The notes beneath the pieces are model-generated. The model worked only from the letters and a program-made list of their open reading frames with translations. It made no database searches and was not told where the DNA came from. Position numbers and translations under genes: made by a program. 64,000 bases of DNA from Minisyncoccota bacterium (GTDB taxonomy: Bacteria; Patescibacteriota; Minisyncoccia; UBA6257; 2-01-FULL-56-20), in contig DATJLR010000001.1 in assembly GCA_035509435.1 (NCBI GenBank), forward strand, positions 58,732 through 122,731. The letters are read 5' to 3'. Every line of letters begins with the position of its first letter. Position 1 is the stretch's first letter. Shown one piece after another: positions 1 through 10,859 of this stretch.

Positions 1-3000
1 CGATACGATCGCCGCGCCTTCCTCCGCAGCGCGATCCGTGCGCAAGGGCTTGGGCCACTCGTCCAAGTGCACCGATTCCTTCGTGCCGCCAAGCGGCCCG
101 TAGAACAGCTCCGAAAAGAACGGCGTGAAGGGCGCCATCAACGTAATGAGCGAGAGCAGCACATGGCCGAGCGTGGCCGAAGCCGCGCGATAATCGGCGT
201 CGCTCACCGGCCGCTGCAGGCGCCGCCGCGAGCGGCGGATATACCACCGGGAAAGGTCGTCCACCAGCGTTTCGATCTCGATCGCCGCCTCGCGGATCTC
301 GTAAGCGTCGAGCTTTTTTGAAACTTCGGCGTTCACCTGATCGAGCCGCGCGTTTATCCATTCATCCAACACGTTCGTGGGACCGTCGGAAAGTTTTGCT
401 TTCTGGTCTGCGTATGTTTTCCAAAATATAAAAGAATTGTAAACAATGAGGTGCACCCTCCGGAACGCTTTCGCGACCTCGGCCTCGTCAAAATTCTTCG
501 GCTCGCCGAGCGGCGATCCGGTAAAGAAATACCACCGCAGGGCATCCACTCCGTACTTATCGATGACCGCGAACGGCTCCACAATATTCCCTTTTGATTT
601 GGACATTTTTTGCCCGAATTTGTCGTTGATCAGGCCAAGCGCGATCACATTCTTATAAGGCGCTCCGTAGCCAAGCGCCGCCGCGATGGCAAAGAGCGTG
701 TAGAACCAGCCGCGCGTCTGGTCCATGCCTTCGGAAATATAATCGGCGGGATAGTCGAGGCCGGACAGCGTCGCGACATCCGTTTTGGGCACGGAGAACG
801 GGTAGTGCGCCTGCGCGTACGGCATTGCGCCGGAGTCGTACCACACGTCCGCGACTTCCGGCACACGCGCCATCGTTGCCGCGCACTTTGGGCACGGCGG
901 GGAAATATCATCGGCGAACGGCCGATGGACATCGACCACGCCGGTGTCGTTGCGCGGGATCTTCTTTACGCCGAACGGCATCACTTCCGCAGGCTTTATG
1001 AACATGCCGCCGCCCTCCTCTTTTTTCTCCGCCGCCTGCTTCTCGCTCCATCCGAGCGCCGCCTGCGCGAGCATCCAAATGGTATCCTCGTGGCTTACGA
1101 TCAAAATATTCTTTCCGTGATGCTTCGCCTCCGTTTCCTCCAAGAAATTCCATGCGCGGGTGCGGACGTCGCGATACGACTCGCTCTTCTCGTCCACGCG
1201 CCCGGCAAACCGGCTCTCAAGTGTCGGAAATATCTTCCCGATCTCTATCGATGGCTTTCCGGAAAGGCCGCCGAAGTTGACCTCGCGGAGGCGCTTGTCA
1301 AAATGGACGGGAATGCCCAGTTCGCTCGCGATGATCTCCGCCGATTCCTTCGTGCGAAGAAGGTCGGAGGCGAAAACAAGATCTATCTTATCTTTTTTAA
1401 GTCCCTTGGCGGCTTCTACGACCTGCTCTTTCCCGTTCGGGGTAAGATGCGAATTCTGATCGCCGGAATCGACGATCTTGAATATGATATTTTCCGACTC
1501 CCCGTGCCGCATCGCCCAATAATTATTTCTTGAACCTCCGGCCAAACGGTCCAATTCGTCCAAACCGTCCACCACTTCGGTGTGGCCGCACTCCTTGCAT
1601 TCCCAGATCGGCAGCGGCGCGCCCCAATACCGTTCGCGGGACAGGTTCCAGTCCTTCACCTCGCGCAGCCATTCGCCGAAACGCCCCGTCTTCACGTGCT
1701 TCGGCGTCCAGTTGACGGTTTCATTGTTCTCCAATAATTTCTCGCGCAGCTTCGACATTTCGATGAACCACGATGACCGCGCATAGTAGAGAATGGCCGT
1801 GCCGCACCGCCAGCAGAACGGGTATTCGTGCACGTACGGCTCCGTCCGCAACAGATTCCCGTTCTCGCGAAGATGATCGAAGATGTGTTCCTCCGTCTCT
1901 TTGGATTTCACGTATTGCCCCGCCAACCCCGCGACCTCCTTCGTGAACTTTCCGGCCTCGTCAACCGTGTGATATTCCGGCAGCCCTACCTGTTTGCCGA
2001 GCGCATAGTCGTCCTCGCCATACATCACGGCGGTATGCACGACGCCCGTGCCGTCGGTCGTCGTCACAAAACCGGCGGGATAGACCTTGTATGATCTTTC
2101 CGACCTGAGCGGCGCAATATCAAAAAGCGGTTCGTACTCCAAACCGACCAGCTGCGAACCGGACAGGTCGTATGATTTTTCTGCGCCGGAAAAGCCGAGG
2201 TCGTTCAACCGGTCCACCGCCGCGATAAGATATTCCCCTTCGTGCTCGAACGCGCGATATGCAATATCGGCCCCAACAGCAAGCGCGACATTTCCCGGTA
2301 ATGTCCACGGCGTCGTCGTCCACGACAGGATATACACCTTATCATCCGGCGCGATGACATGGTCCCCGATCTTCTGTCCCGCTTTTAATTTGAATTTCAC
2401 ATATACCGACGTATCGCTCACCTCTTTGTATCCCTGCGCGAGTTCATGCGAAGAAAGCGACGTGCCGTCGCGCGTGCACCACGGCACCACTTTGAATCCT
2501 TTATAAAGCAATCCGCGCTTATGGATCTGCGACAGCGTCCACCAAATGGACTCGATGTACTCGGGCTCGTACGTCACATATGCGTTCTTGAAATCAAGCC
2601 AGTAGCCGATGCGGCGCGTCATCCGTTCCCACTCGTCCTTATAGATCCACACCTGCTCCATCGCCTTCTCGTTGAAGAGCTTGACTCCGAGCTCCTCGAT
2701 GTCTTTCTTTGACTTGAGGCCGAGCGCTTTTTCCGTCGCGATCTCCACCGGAAGGCCGTGCGTGTCCCATCCGGCGCGGCGCGGCACTTCGAATCCCTGC
2801 ATCGTCTTGTATCGCAAAATAACATCCTTTACGATGCGACTGATGACGTGATGGATCGCGGGCTTGCCATTGGCGTACGGCGGCCCTTCATAAAAGATGA
2901 ATTTTGGGGCACCGCTCTCTTTTTCGATCGATTTTTCAAAAATATGCCGTTCATCCCAAAACGTCAGGACCTTCTCTTCTAATTCAGGAAGGTCAAATTC

Positions 3001-3063
3001 TCCTTCATGAAGGAATACCTTCGGATTCGCATTTTTTTCAGAAATCTCCTTTGCCATTACATT
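1..3063 (-). CDS. ileS: Isoleucyl-tRNA synthetase, type 2-like. N-terminal ~1020 aa are in the window; the 3' end runs off the window start. Carries an inserted histidine-phosphatase (PGAM-like) domain.
   Basis: Reverse-strand translation from ATG at 3063 gives MAKEISEKNANPKVFLHEGEFDL...PPYANGKPAIHHV (HIGH-like). It continues through WGAPLPIWECKECGHTEVV, DVHRPFADD...CPKCAAT...ADVWYDSGAMPYAQ, KMSKSKGNIV and an anticodon-binding region. No in-frame stop before position 1, and no listed minus-strand ORF, which is consistent with the ORF running off the edge. Confidence 0.85.
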
Positions 3064-3127
3064 AAAATAGCAGGTTTTGCGGGATTAATAAAGGAAAACC
3101 GCGGAGCGGAGCGCGGTCCGCGGGAGA

Positions 3128-4861
3128 CTAGATCTTTTCAAGCGTGCGAACGCCGAGCAGGCCGAGCCCTTTTTGCAGCACGCGCGCGGCGACGGCGACG
3201 AGCGCAAGGCGGCCGCGGCGGCGCGCGGCGGCGTCGTCCTTGAGGATCGGCGTCGCTTCGTAGAATTTGTTCGCGGCGACGGCGAGCTTGTAAAGATAGA
3301 CGGCGAGCGTGCTTGTGGAATATTGCTCGCCTGCGCGCGCCACCACATCCGGAAACTCGAACAACCTTCTCATGAGCGCGAGCTCGGTCGTGTGCGCAAG
3401 CGTTGCCGCCTCGTCGGCGCTCAACTTTACCGGCGGATTTTTTCCGCCGTCATCGGCAACGCCCGCCTTCCGCAAAATGCTCTTGAGCCGCGCATAGGTA
3501 TATTGTAGATAGGGCGCGCTGTCGCCCCCGAAATCCAGCATTTTCTCCCAGTTGAACACGATGTCTGTCATGCGATTCTCTTTGAGGTCGTTGTACTTGA
3601 GCGCCCCGAGCGCCACCGCATCCGCAACTTCCGTCTTCTCTCCGGACGAGAGTGCGGGATTTTTGGCATCGATCACTTCGCGCGCCTTGATCACCGCTTC
3701 GCCGATCACTTCTTCCAATAATTGCGCGGTGCCCTCGCGCGTGGAGAATTTTTTGCCGCCGCTTCCCAGTACAAGGCCGTACTTCACGTGCTTCAGCTCT
3801 GTTCCATCGCCGAGGCCCAAGAGCTTCGCGACCGCAAACAACTGCTCGAACGCAAGCGCCTGCTCGTTGGCCACCACGTATAATATCTTTGCCGGTTCGT
3901 ACTTTTTGAGGCGATACCGGAGGTTCGCGATGTCGCGGGTAAGATACAAGCTTGCGCCGTCGGACTTCTGGATGAGCGCCGGGGGCAATCCCGCAGCGTC
4001 AAGCGAAACGATGACCGCCCCCTCGCTCCGTTCGGCGATGCCCTTCTTGAGCAGTTCCGCGACGGTCGCATCCATCTCACGCTCAAAGTGGCTCTCGCCG
4101 ATCCACACGTCAAAATCCACGCCGAGCACCGCGTACAGGCGTTCGAACTCCTCGAGCGATTCTTTCTTGAACCACTCCCACAGCTTGCGGTTCTCGCGAT
4201 CGCCGTCCTCCAGTTTTTTAAACTCTTCCTGCCCCCGCTTTTCGAGCGTCGGGTCGTTCTTCATCTCCTCATGGAAGCGCACATAGAGCTTTTGCAATTC
4301 GTTGATGGGGGCCGATTCCACTTTTTTCTTGTCGCCCCACAGTTTGTACGCGGCGATGAGCTTGCCGAACTGCGTCCCCCAGTCGCCCAGATAGTTCCAC
4401 CGCACCACGCGATATCCGGAAAGCTCCAAAATATTCGCGAGCGCGGCGCCGATGATCGTCGTGCGCATGTGGCCGAGATGCATCGGCTTCGCGATGTTCG
4501 CCGACGAGTATTCCACGATCGCGGTGCAGCCCGCGCCAACGTCGCCCGCGCCATAGTTTTTGTCCGCCGCGATGCGCCGCAGCTCCGCCTGCATCGTAGC
4601 GTCGCTCAGCCAGAAATTGATAAAGCCGGGCGCGGCGGCCTCCACTTTGTGAAAAAATCCCGCAGGCGCGCCGGCGGCGATCTGCGCGGCATACTCTTTG
4701 GCGAGGTCGAGCGGCGGCATTTTCTTGATCTTCGCCTGACGCATCGCGAAGTTCGTTGAATAATGACCGAAAAGTTCCCCGTCGGGGACGGAGATATCGA
4801 TCGACGCATCCGCGGCGAACATCTTTTTCAATAATTGGGCCAATTGCGCGTTCATTGACAA
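3128..4861 (-). CDS. argS: Arginyl-tRNA synthetase
   Basis: 577 aa. HIGH-region ANIAKPMHLGHMR, DWGTQFG motif, and overall ArgRS architecture including a C-terminal DALR-type anticodon-binding domain. Confidence 0.85.
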   Translation of the reverse strand: MSMNAQLAQLLKKMFAADASIDISVPDGELFGHYSTNFAMRQAKIKKMPPLDLAKEYAAQIAAGAPAGFFHKVEAAAPGFINFWLSDATMQAELRRIAADKNYGAGDVGAGCTAIVEYSSANIAKPMHLGHMRTTIIGAALANILELSGYRVVRWNYLGDWGTQFGKLIAAYKLWGDKKKVESAPINELQKLYVRFHEEMKNDPTLEKRGQEEFKKLEDGDRENRKLWEWFKKESLEEFERLYAVLGVDFDVWIGESHFEREMDATVAELLKKGIAERSEGAVIVSLDAAGLPPALIQKSDGASLYLTRDIANLRYRLKKYEPAKILYVVANEQALAFEQLFAVAKLLGLGDGTELKHVKYGLVLGSGGKKFSTREGTAQLLEEVIGEAVIKAREVIDAKNPALSSGEKTEVADAVALGALKYNDLKENRMTDIVFNWEKMLDFGGDSAPYLQYTYARLKSILRKAGVADDGGKNPPVKLSADEAATLAHTTELALMRRLFEFPDVVARAGEQYSTSTLAVYLYKLAVAANKFYEATPILKDDAAARRRGRLALVAVAARVLQKGLGLLGVRTLEKI

Positions 4862-5149
4862 TACTAATATGTGTGTTACTATCCAAATGCAGCGGGGAAT
4901 CCTTTACCACCCTGAGCTGCTCCCCACTGAGGTAGAGCGCCGGGCACGGAGAGTAGCTGATTCGCGGTGGGCGGTCCCAGGGGAGGGCTGCACCCATCAT
5001 GTATGTGCGATCGCCGACCCGCTGCGCTTCGCTCTTTCATATCTATGGTACCACAAGGTGCCGCCGCAGTGCCGCAAGCCCCGCGCGATCTCGCCGGGGC
5101 TATTTATTTCTTCAGCCAATTTTCAACGAAACTAATGTAAAATGAAAGC

Positions 5150-5599
5150 ATGGATACGCGAACGGAAACCATCGCCGAGAACCGCCGCGCGCGCTTTGAT
5201 TACGAGATAGGGCAAACGTACGAGGCAGGCATCGAACTGCAGGGGCACGAAGTGAAAAGCGCGAAAGGCGGCCGGCTTCAGATCGCGGGAGCGCATGCGA
5301 TCATCCGCGGCGGCGAGGCCTGGCTCGTGAACTCGCATATCCCCCAGTACCAGCCGGGCAATACGCCGCCGGACTACGAAGAAGATCGCGCACGGCGATT
5401 GCTCCTCTCGCGCGATGAAATAAAAGAGTTGCAAGGCGCGCTCGTGGACAAATCCCGCCACGCGATCCCCCTTCGCGCGTATCTCAAACACGGACTGATA
5501 AAACTGGAGCTCGGCCTGGGCCGGTCGCGGCGGAAATCCGACAAACGCGATGCGATCAAAAAGCGGGCGCACCAGCGCGAGATCCGGCGCGGAGAATAA
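5150..5599 (+). CDS. smpB: SsrA-binding protein SmpB
   Basis: 149 aa with IAENRRARFDYEI...GIELQGHEVKS...RRLLLSRDEIKEL...KRDAIKKR, the typical SmpB signature. Confidence 0.85.
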   Translation: MDTRTETIAENRRARFDYEIGQTYEAGIELQGHEVKSAKGGRLQIAGAHAIIRGGEAWLVNSHIPQYQPGNTPPDYEEDRARRLLLSRDEIKELQGALVDKSRHAIPLRAYLKHGLIKLELGLGRSRRKSDKRDAIKKRAHQREIRRGE

Positions 5600-5627
5600 A
5601 AACGGAGAAAAAAATATCCGTCCCGTT

Positions 5628-6359
5628 TTACTGGGTGCCCGTCGATGACGACGCGATCGCCGCGTTCAATACATCCTCAAAGGCCTGAGTGGTCGTCGGA
5701 TTCGGGATCTGCGCGAGATTCATGAAGAACGTCGGCGTGTGGTCGATCTGCGCGGAATTGCCGCCGTTCACGTCATTCTGGATCTTCGCCGTCACCGACG
5801 AAGCGTTCACGTCGACATTGAACGTGTTGACGTCAAGGCCTATCGATTGCGCGTAGCCGTCGAAATATTGCGAGACCACCTGCTGGGGCGAGAGCGCCGT
5901 GTTCGTGGACCACTCGGCCTGCTTGGTATACAAAAGGTCATGCATCGCCCAATATTTCGAGGAGCCGCCCTCAAGGCCCGCCGCCTCGGCGGCCTGCGCG
6001 CCGATCCCCGCGAACGGGTGGATGGTATAGAGCGGATAGTTGCGGAACACAAAGAGCACCGTGCTGCTGTAGTTGGAGAACAGCTGCTGCATGATCGGGA
6101 AATAATCGCCGCACGCGGGGCACTCAAAATCACCGTACTCGATGAGCGACACCTTGGCGTTCGGATTGCCCTCCGTCCAATCGGCGGACGTGATGGCGGG
6201 CACGGTCGTCGCGACGAAGTTGCCGTTCGTGGTGTCTGTCGAGTTACCGCTCGAATATGCGCCCGCGATGATCACCGCAACCGTGACCACCACGAGAAAT
6301 ATCACGATGAACCACACCGTTGCCTTGTTCGCCTGTCCTGCCCTTTTATTGTTTGCCAT
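5628..6359 (-). CDS. Membrane-anchored DsbA-family thiol:disulfide oxidoreductase
   Basis: N-terminal TM helix, a thioredoxin-fold CxxC motif (FECPACGDY), and DsbA/BdbD-like length. Confidence 0.6.
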   Translation of the reverse strand: MANNKRAGQANKATVWFIVIFLVVVTVAVIIAGAYSSGNSTDTTNGNFVATTVPAITSADWTEGNPNAKVSLIEYGDFECPACGDYFPIMQQLFSNYSSTVLFVFRNYPLYTIHPFAGIGAQAAEAAGLEGGSSKYWAMHDLLYTKQAEWSTNTALSPQQVVSQYFDGYAQSIGLDVNTFNVDVNASSVTAKIQNDVNGGNSAQIDHTPTFFMNLAQIPNPTTTQAFEDVLNAAIASSSTGTQ

Positions 6360-6429
6360 AATTCACTTATTTTACCTTTTTTTAATGAAAAAGCTAACGA
6401 AGGGGGCATGTCTCCCTATCGCCTATCTA

Positions 6430-7335
6430 TTATCGCTTGAACTGAAGCTTCGTATTGTTGTCTACAACAGTGTCCGGTTCGCTCGTAGGGCCGATCTTCC
6501 GCACGATCACGAACGGCGTCATCTTGTTGCCCTGCCCCAGCGGATTATCAAGAAGCACGAGCCGTATGGTGCGCTTGTCCAATCCCACGCCCGAACTGAT
6601 GCCTAAAACTTCCACATTGATGAAGTTCGCATCCGCCGTCATGCACGGGATGCCGGTATTCTTCTCGAACCGCTCGCAATCGGCTTGCGGGTCCTTCGGC
6701 GGGAGCACGGCCCATTCGGTGTACGGATACATGTCTTCGGGGATGAATCCGTCGATCTCGGAAACGCGATGCCCCGCGACGATCCAGAACCAGCCCCGCT
6801 TGCCGAACACGCGACCCACCGCGCCGATCGCCATCGCGGGGATGATGCGCCACCATCCGGCGATCTCGATCGCGAGCTGGATCTTTTCCGGATTGTTCCA
6901 CGCGGTCATGCCCTTGTGCTTCGTCACTCCTTTTTGCACGAGCCGCGCGAGCCACGTCACCTTCACGCTCGAAATATGACGCACGAGGTTTTGTGAAATA
7001 GAGACCATCTTTTCCGAGATCGCGATCCAGTCGCCCGGCTGCACGTGGGGCTTCACATATTCGCTGATGAGCGATTCCATGCTCTCGCCAAACTCGATCA
7101 GGCGCGGCACGCGGACGGGAAAACGCTCGTACCCAATGCCGTCGACGATGATCTTCCTGCCCGGCTGAATGCCCGGCGTGAGACCGGCGTCCCAAACCTT
7201 CTTTATGGTCGCCGCCATCTTCTCAGGATCCAAATGTATGACTGAGCCCATGTTTCGTGCAAGGTTGATTATTTTTCTATGATAAGTGATTTTGAAGCTT
7301 TGTACCATATAAGGGAAAATAAAACCGCCCGGCAT
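6430..7335 (-). CDS. CofE-like (F420-0:gamma-glutamyl ligase family) protein. The start codon is uncertain.
   Basis: Weak motif-level resemblance to PF01996 (ISEKMVSISQ..., ADANFINVEVLG...); first of a three-gene minus-strand cluster. Could begin at the internal M (MGSVIHLD). Confidence 0.3.
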   Translation of the reverse strand: MPGGFIFPYMVQSFKITYHRKIINLARNMGSVIHLDPEKMAATIKKVWDAGLTPGIQPGRKIIVDGIGYERFPVRVPRLIEFGESMESLISEYVKPHVQPGDWIAISEKMVSISQNLVRHISSVKVTWLARLVQKGVTKHKGMTAWNNPEKIQLAIEIAGWWRIIPAMAIGAVGRVFGKRGWFWIVAGHRVSEIDGFIPEDMYPYTEWAVLPPKDPQADCERFEKNTGIPCMTADANFINVEVLGISSGVGLDKRTIRLVLLDNPLGQGNKMTPFVIVRKIGPTSEPDTVVDNNTKLQFKR

Positions 7336-7364
7336 TTAAAATGCAGGGCGGCATTGGAGAAAAG

Positions 7365-8366
7365 CTACTTCTGTCCCAACTTCAACACCTTCATGTATTC
7401 ATCGCCGTAAGTGAGAGACATGTCGATCGAGGGAGCGATCAGAATGTACTTGCCATGCGGATTGGTATATTCCTCCAGTTCCCCGCTCTCAGAGAGAGAA
7501 CGAAACCGCTGGAGACCCGCCTGCACGGCAGTGCCGCAGCTCGGGCCGAATAGGCGTCTGACCGCGAGGATCATCTTCCGGCTCATTGCAAACGAGTCGT
7601 ATGAACTGCACAGAACCGGTCCATGAGCTCCGATGACGCTTTTCCAGTCGAAGGAAATGTCCCGCTCAACATCCGTGACGGTGCGAACTCCAGGAACTGG
7701 ATTGTCTTTGTCTTTGCACGCACCTCCGATGATGTGAAGTTTTGGAAAGGCATTTTTCAACGTCTCGTATGCAGCACAAATCATAGAAGTCGTTCCCATG
7801 GCAGCGGAAAAGAACGAAGGAACTTCGTCCATGCTTTCCATCTCGTTGATAAGATGGTACATGGTGCGATTTTGCCCCTTGATACTTCCCCGCTCTTTGT
7901 ACTGGTTAATGAACACGCCAACGCCTTCTCTTTCCAGCTCGGCGGCGCGTTCAAGGGTGGTTTGACCAGGTCGCGGGTACTCAATCTCAGCGCCAGGCAC
8001 AAGAAGTTGTGCTTTTTTGCCGTCCGGAACGGACGAGTTCATCACCGCGATCACCTTTTTGATACCGAACGCATCCTTGCTGTACGCGAAATTGACCGCC
8101 GTGTTCCCGGAGCCGGGCACAATCGCCACAACCCCTGGATAGATCCTTCCTTCTTTCTCTGCGTCCAAACAAAGCTGGACGGCAGGAAAGCGCTTTCCAT
8201 TGCCGCCCTCCCCCTCGTGGAGCGGCAATACGTAGATTTCGAGCCGCTCTGATCCGCGAAGGTCTGCCACCGAATCCTTAATCGACTCGGGCAGTTTGAC
8301 CAACGGAGCAAAGTGGTTGATCGAGGTCAAAACCTTCCTGCGTAATTCAAAGTCGATAAGACCCAT
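7365..8366 (-). CDS. PLP-dependent enzyme of the tryptophan-synthase-beta / cysteine-synthase fold
   Basis: Motifs VPGSGNTAVNFA (cf. SGNTG) and GPSCGTAVQAG, typical of fold-type II PLP enzymes. Confidence 0.45.
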   Translation of the reverse strand: MGLIDFELRRKVLTSINHFAPLVKLPESIKDSVADLRGSERLEIYVLPLHEGEGGNGKRFPAVQLCLDAEKEGRIYPGVVAIVPGSGNTAVNFAYSKDAFGIKKVIAVMNSSVPDGKKAQLLVPGAEIEYPRPGQTTLERAAELEREGVGVFINQYKERGSIKGQNRTMYHLINEMESMDEVPSFFSAAMGTTSMICAAYETLKNAFPKLHIIGGACKDKDNPVPGVRTVTDVERDISFDWKSVIGAHGPVLCSSYDSFAMSRKMILAVRRLFGPSCGTAVQAGLQRFRSLSESGELEEYTNPHGKYILIAPSIDMSLTYGDEYMKVLKLGQK

Positions 8367-8449
8367 GGAACACCATCCTGATCGTTAAATTAAATTCCGA
8401 AAGCTACTCGTATTCTTAATCAAGGAAAGCGCCGTGTCAAGAAATTTTC

Positions 8450-9223
8450 TCACTTCCTCACCGTCACGAACTTCAGCGTGCCGAGTCCCGGCATCGCCGG
8501 CTTTTCCACGCCCAGCTCGTCGCGCCAGAATGCGTCGCTCTTCAACAGCTCGATGATCCACGGAAAGTGAGCGTCCTGCGAGATGATGATGCCCCCCGGC
8601 GAGAGCAGCGGATACAGATAATGGAAGCAGTCGCGTGTGGACTGTACGAGGTCAACGTTCACGCACGCCGCCGCGACGGACTCGCGGAACGACGGCATCG
8701 TGTCGGTGAAAAATCCTTTATGGAAATGCGCGCGCGATGCGTCCCCATAGCGCGCAACGTTGCCCTTCACTTCCTCGAACGGCACCGCGTGGCTCCCCTT
8801 CGGAAAGTGATGCTCGCGGCCGTAGATGCTCTTGCCGTGCGCTTCGCTGTTCTCCGGCATTCCGGCGAACGAGTCGAACACGTCGAGCTGCCGGTCGCAC
8901 AGTTTTGCGACGAGGCCCAGCTTGGCGGTGCTCCCGCCATGGAACGAGCCGGCTTCCACGATCGTTCCTTTTACGTCGTCGCCGAGGGCAAGGATCTGCC
9001 GTGCGATGGAGATCATCTCGTGTTCCGTGTGCGGACAGTCGACGTAATACGAAATTTTATAGAATTGTAACACTAACGAGAGGCGCGCGCTGAACGCCGT
9101 TGGCGACTTCGTGCTATGAAATATAAATCCGAACGCCGCGGGAACATCCTTTGGCGCGTAATAGATCTTTCTATATATATAGAGAAGCGGCCATTGGCGC
9201 TTGAGATAACTGCGCACGCTCAT
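8450..9223 (-). CDS. Class I SAM-dependent O-methyltransferase, TylF/MycF (macrocin-O-methyltransferase) family
   Basis: EAGSFHGGST, DSFAGMP and ISQDAHF match the PF05711 pattern. Confidence 0.5.
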   Translation of the reverse strand: MSVRSYLKRQWPLLYIYRKIYYAPKDVPAAFGFIFHSTKSPTAFSARLSLVLQFYKISYYVDCPHTEHEMISIARQILALGDDVKGTIVEAGSFHGGSTAKLGLVAKLCDRQLDVFDSFAGMPENSEAHGKSIYGREHHFPKGSHAVPFEEVKGNVARYGDASRAHFHKGFFTDTMPSFRESVAAACVNVDLVQSTRDCFHYLYPLLSPGGIIISQDAHFPWIIELLKSDAFWRDELGVEKPAMPGLGTLKFVTVRK

Positions 9224-9346
9224 ATTACTTTTTGTATCCCACGGAGCTGTCCGCGGTGTTCCTGAACTTCGCCATGCCCCTCATTATATCACCGGAAAAG
9301 GCCCGCGCAACGCGCCGCGCGGGCGAAAAACTGGTACAATGAGCGC

Positions 9347-9892
9347 ATGCCGATGTGGATCCTTGTCGCCGCCGTACTGATCCCCCAGGAGTTCGCCACG
9401 ACCGCGATCGTTTTCGTGGTCGCCCTGCAGAACAATTTCCCGATCTGGGCGATCAATCTTATCTGGCTCTGCGTGACCCTGCTCGATATGTATGCCGGCT
9501 ATATGCTCGGAAAGTTCACGCAGGAAAAATTGCGGGGAACGCGATTCTTCAACTGGGTGGAGCGCTGGATACAAAAGGGCCGCCACGCGCTCGGGACGCA
9601 CGGCGAAAAATTCTCGCTCGCGCTGCTCGGCACCGTGGACTTCCCCTACGTCAACACGTTCATCGGCGCGTGGATCGGCCTGCCGCTCAACCAGGCGTTG
9701 CCGCTCACCCTTGCGGGCAACTTCATCTGGTACCTGTTCCTCTGGGGAACCGTGCTCGGGCTTTCGTCGTTCGTCTCCAACCCCGACATCATCATCCTGA
9801 TCATCATCGTGGTCGGGATCCTTTCCCACTTCCTGATCAGGTTCTCGCGGGGGAAGAACGGGAGAACAAAGGATAGCTCTCAAGGAGAGTGA
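9347..9892 (+). CDS. Small polytopic membrane protein (hypothetical)
   Basis: 181 aa with about 4-5 hydrophobic helices. Its 3' end overlaps the convergent gene downstream. Confidence 0.4.
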   Translation: MPMWILVAAVLIPQEFATTAIVFVVALQNNFPIWAINLIWLCVTLLDMYAGYMLGKFTQEKLRGTRFFNWVERWIQKGRHALGTHGEKFSLALLGTVDFPYVNTFIGAWIGLPLNQALPLTLAGNFIWYLFLWGTVLGLSSFVSNPDIIILIIIVVGILSHFLIRFSRGKNGRTKDSSQGE

Positions 9893-10859
9893 GCAGAAGG
9901 CAGAGCGCGAGCGGCCCGAGCAATATGCCGATCGGCCCGAAGAACGACAGGCCGCCGAGCACCGCAAACAGCATCAGCATCGGATGGACCTTCTCCTTTC
10001 CGCCCAGCAGGCGCGGGCGCATGTACGCCTCCATGATGGTGGATATGGCGAGCGACCAGACGGCAAGGCCGATGGCGGCGGGAACATTCCCCGTAAAATA
10101 TAACCACGCGACCGCGGGGATGACGACGAGATACACGCCGACGGCGGGGATGAACGACGCGACGATCGTGACGGCGCCCCACAACACCGCGCTCGAAACG
10201 CCGAACAGGGAAAATCCGATGCCGGTCGTAAGGCCGTAGAGCACGCCTATCAGAAGCGACCCGCGGATCACCGATCCCGCGCGCGCATGCAGGTGGTCAA
10301 GGATCTCGGTCATATGTTCCGGCGGCAATGGTCCCCGCTCGATAAGGGCGGTGCGCAGGCGATGCCCGTCGCGCAGGAAATAGTAGAGCGCGAAGAACGA
10401 AAGAAAGAGCGTGGCGACCACGCTCAAAAATCCGGAAAAGATCGGCCCGATGCTGCTGATCAAGAATCCGAGCACCTGCTGAAGGTACGGCTCGAGATTG
10501 AGGGTGAGCGACGGGAACCACTGCGCGAACGCGACGCGGAACCAGTCCACGCCCGACGCCCCTCCTCCGGAGACGATCTCCGCGTACAGCCCCTGCGCTT
10601 CCGCGAACATCTGGAGGCCGAGGAGCACGAGCGGCACGAGGATGATGAGGACGGCGAGGAGCACGACGATCGCGGCGGCCGTGCCGCCCCGGTCATGGAG
10701 CGCCCGCTTGAGCCCCGCATACCACGGCTGGAAGAGCACGGCGATGCTGATGCCGAGCACGATCGCGTTCAGCTCCGGCCAGAAGACGAGCGCCACGAGA
10801 AGCGCCGTCAGGATCAATATGCCGATCGAAAAATATGACTCCGAACGCTCCGTGACCAT
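9837..10859 (-). CDS. AI-2E family transporter (PerM/UPF0118)
   Basis: 340 aa, about 8 TM helices, and the characteristic C-terminal GxxGxxxGP region. Confidence 0.65.
   Translation of the reverse strand: MVTERSESYFSIGILILTALLVALVFWPELNAIVLGISIAVLFQPWYAGLKRALHDRGGTAAAIVVLLAVLIILVPLVLLGLQMFAEAQGLYAEIVSGGGASGVDWFRVAFAQWFPSLTLNLEPYLQQVLGFLISSIGPIFSGFLSVVATLFLSFFALYYFLRDGHRLRTALIERGPLPPEHMTEILDHLHARAGSVIRGSLLIGVLYGLTTGIGFSLFGVSSAVLWGAVTIVASFIPAVGVYLVVIPAVAWLYFTGNVPAAIGLAVWSLAISTIMEAYMRPRLLGGKEKVHPMLMLFAVLGGLSFFGPIGILLGPLALCLLLTLLESYPLFSRSSPART

Noticed and set aside
610-1533. 307-aa plus-strand ORF, and several 60-100-aa ORFs, in the 1..3063 region
   Set aside because: The region is fully accounted for by the minus-strand ileS frame, which has continuous synthetase homology. 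The plus ORF is Arg-rich nonsense.
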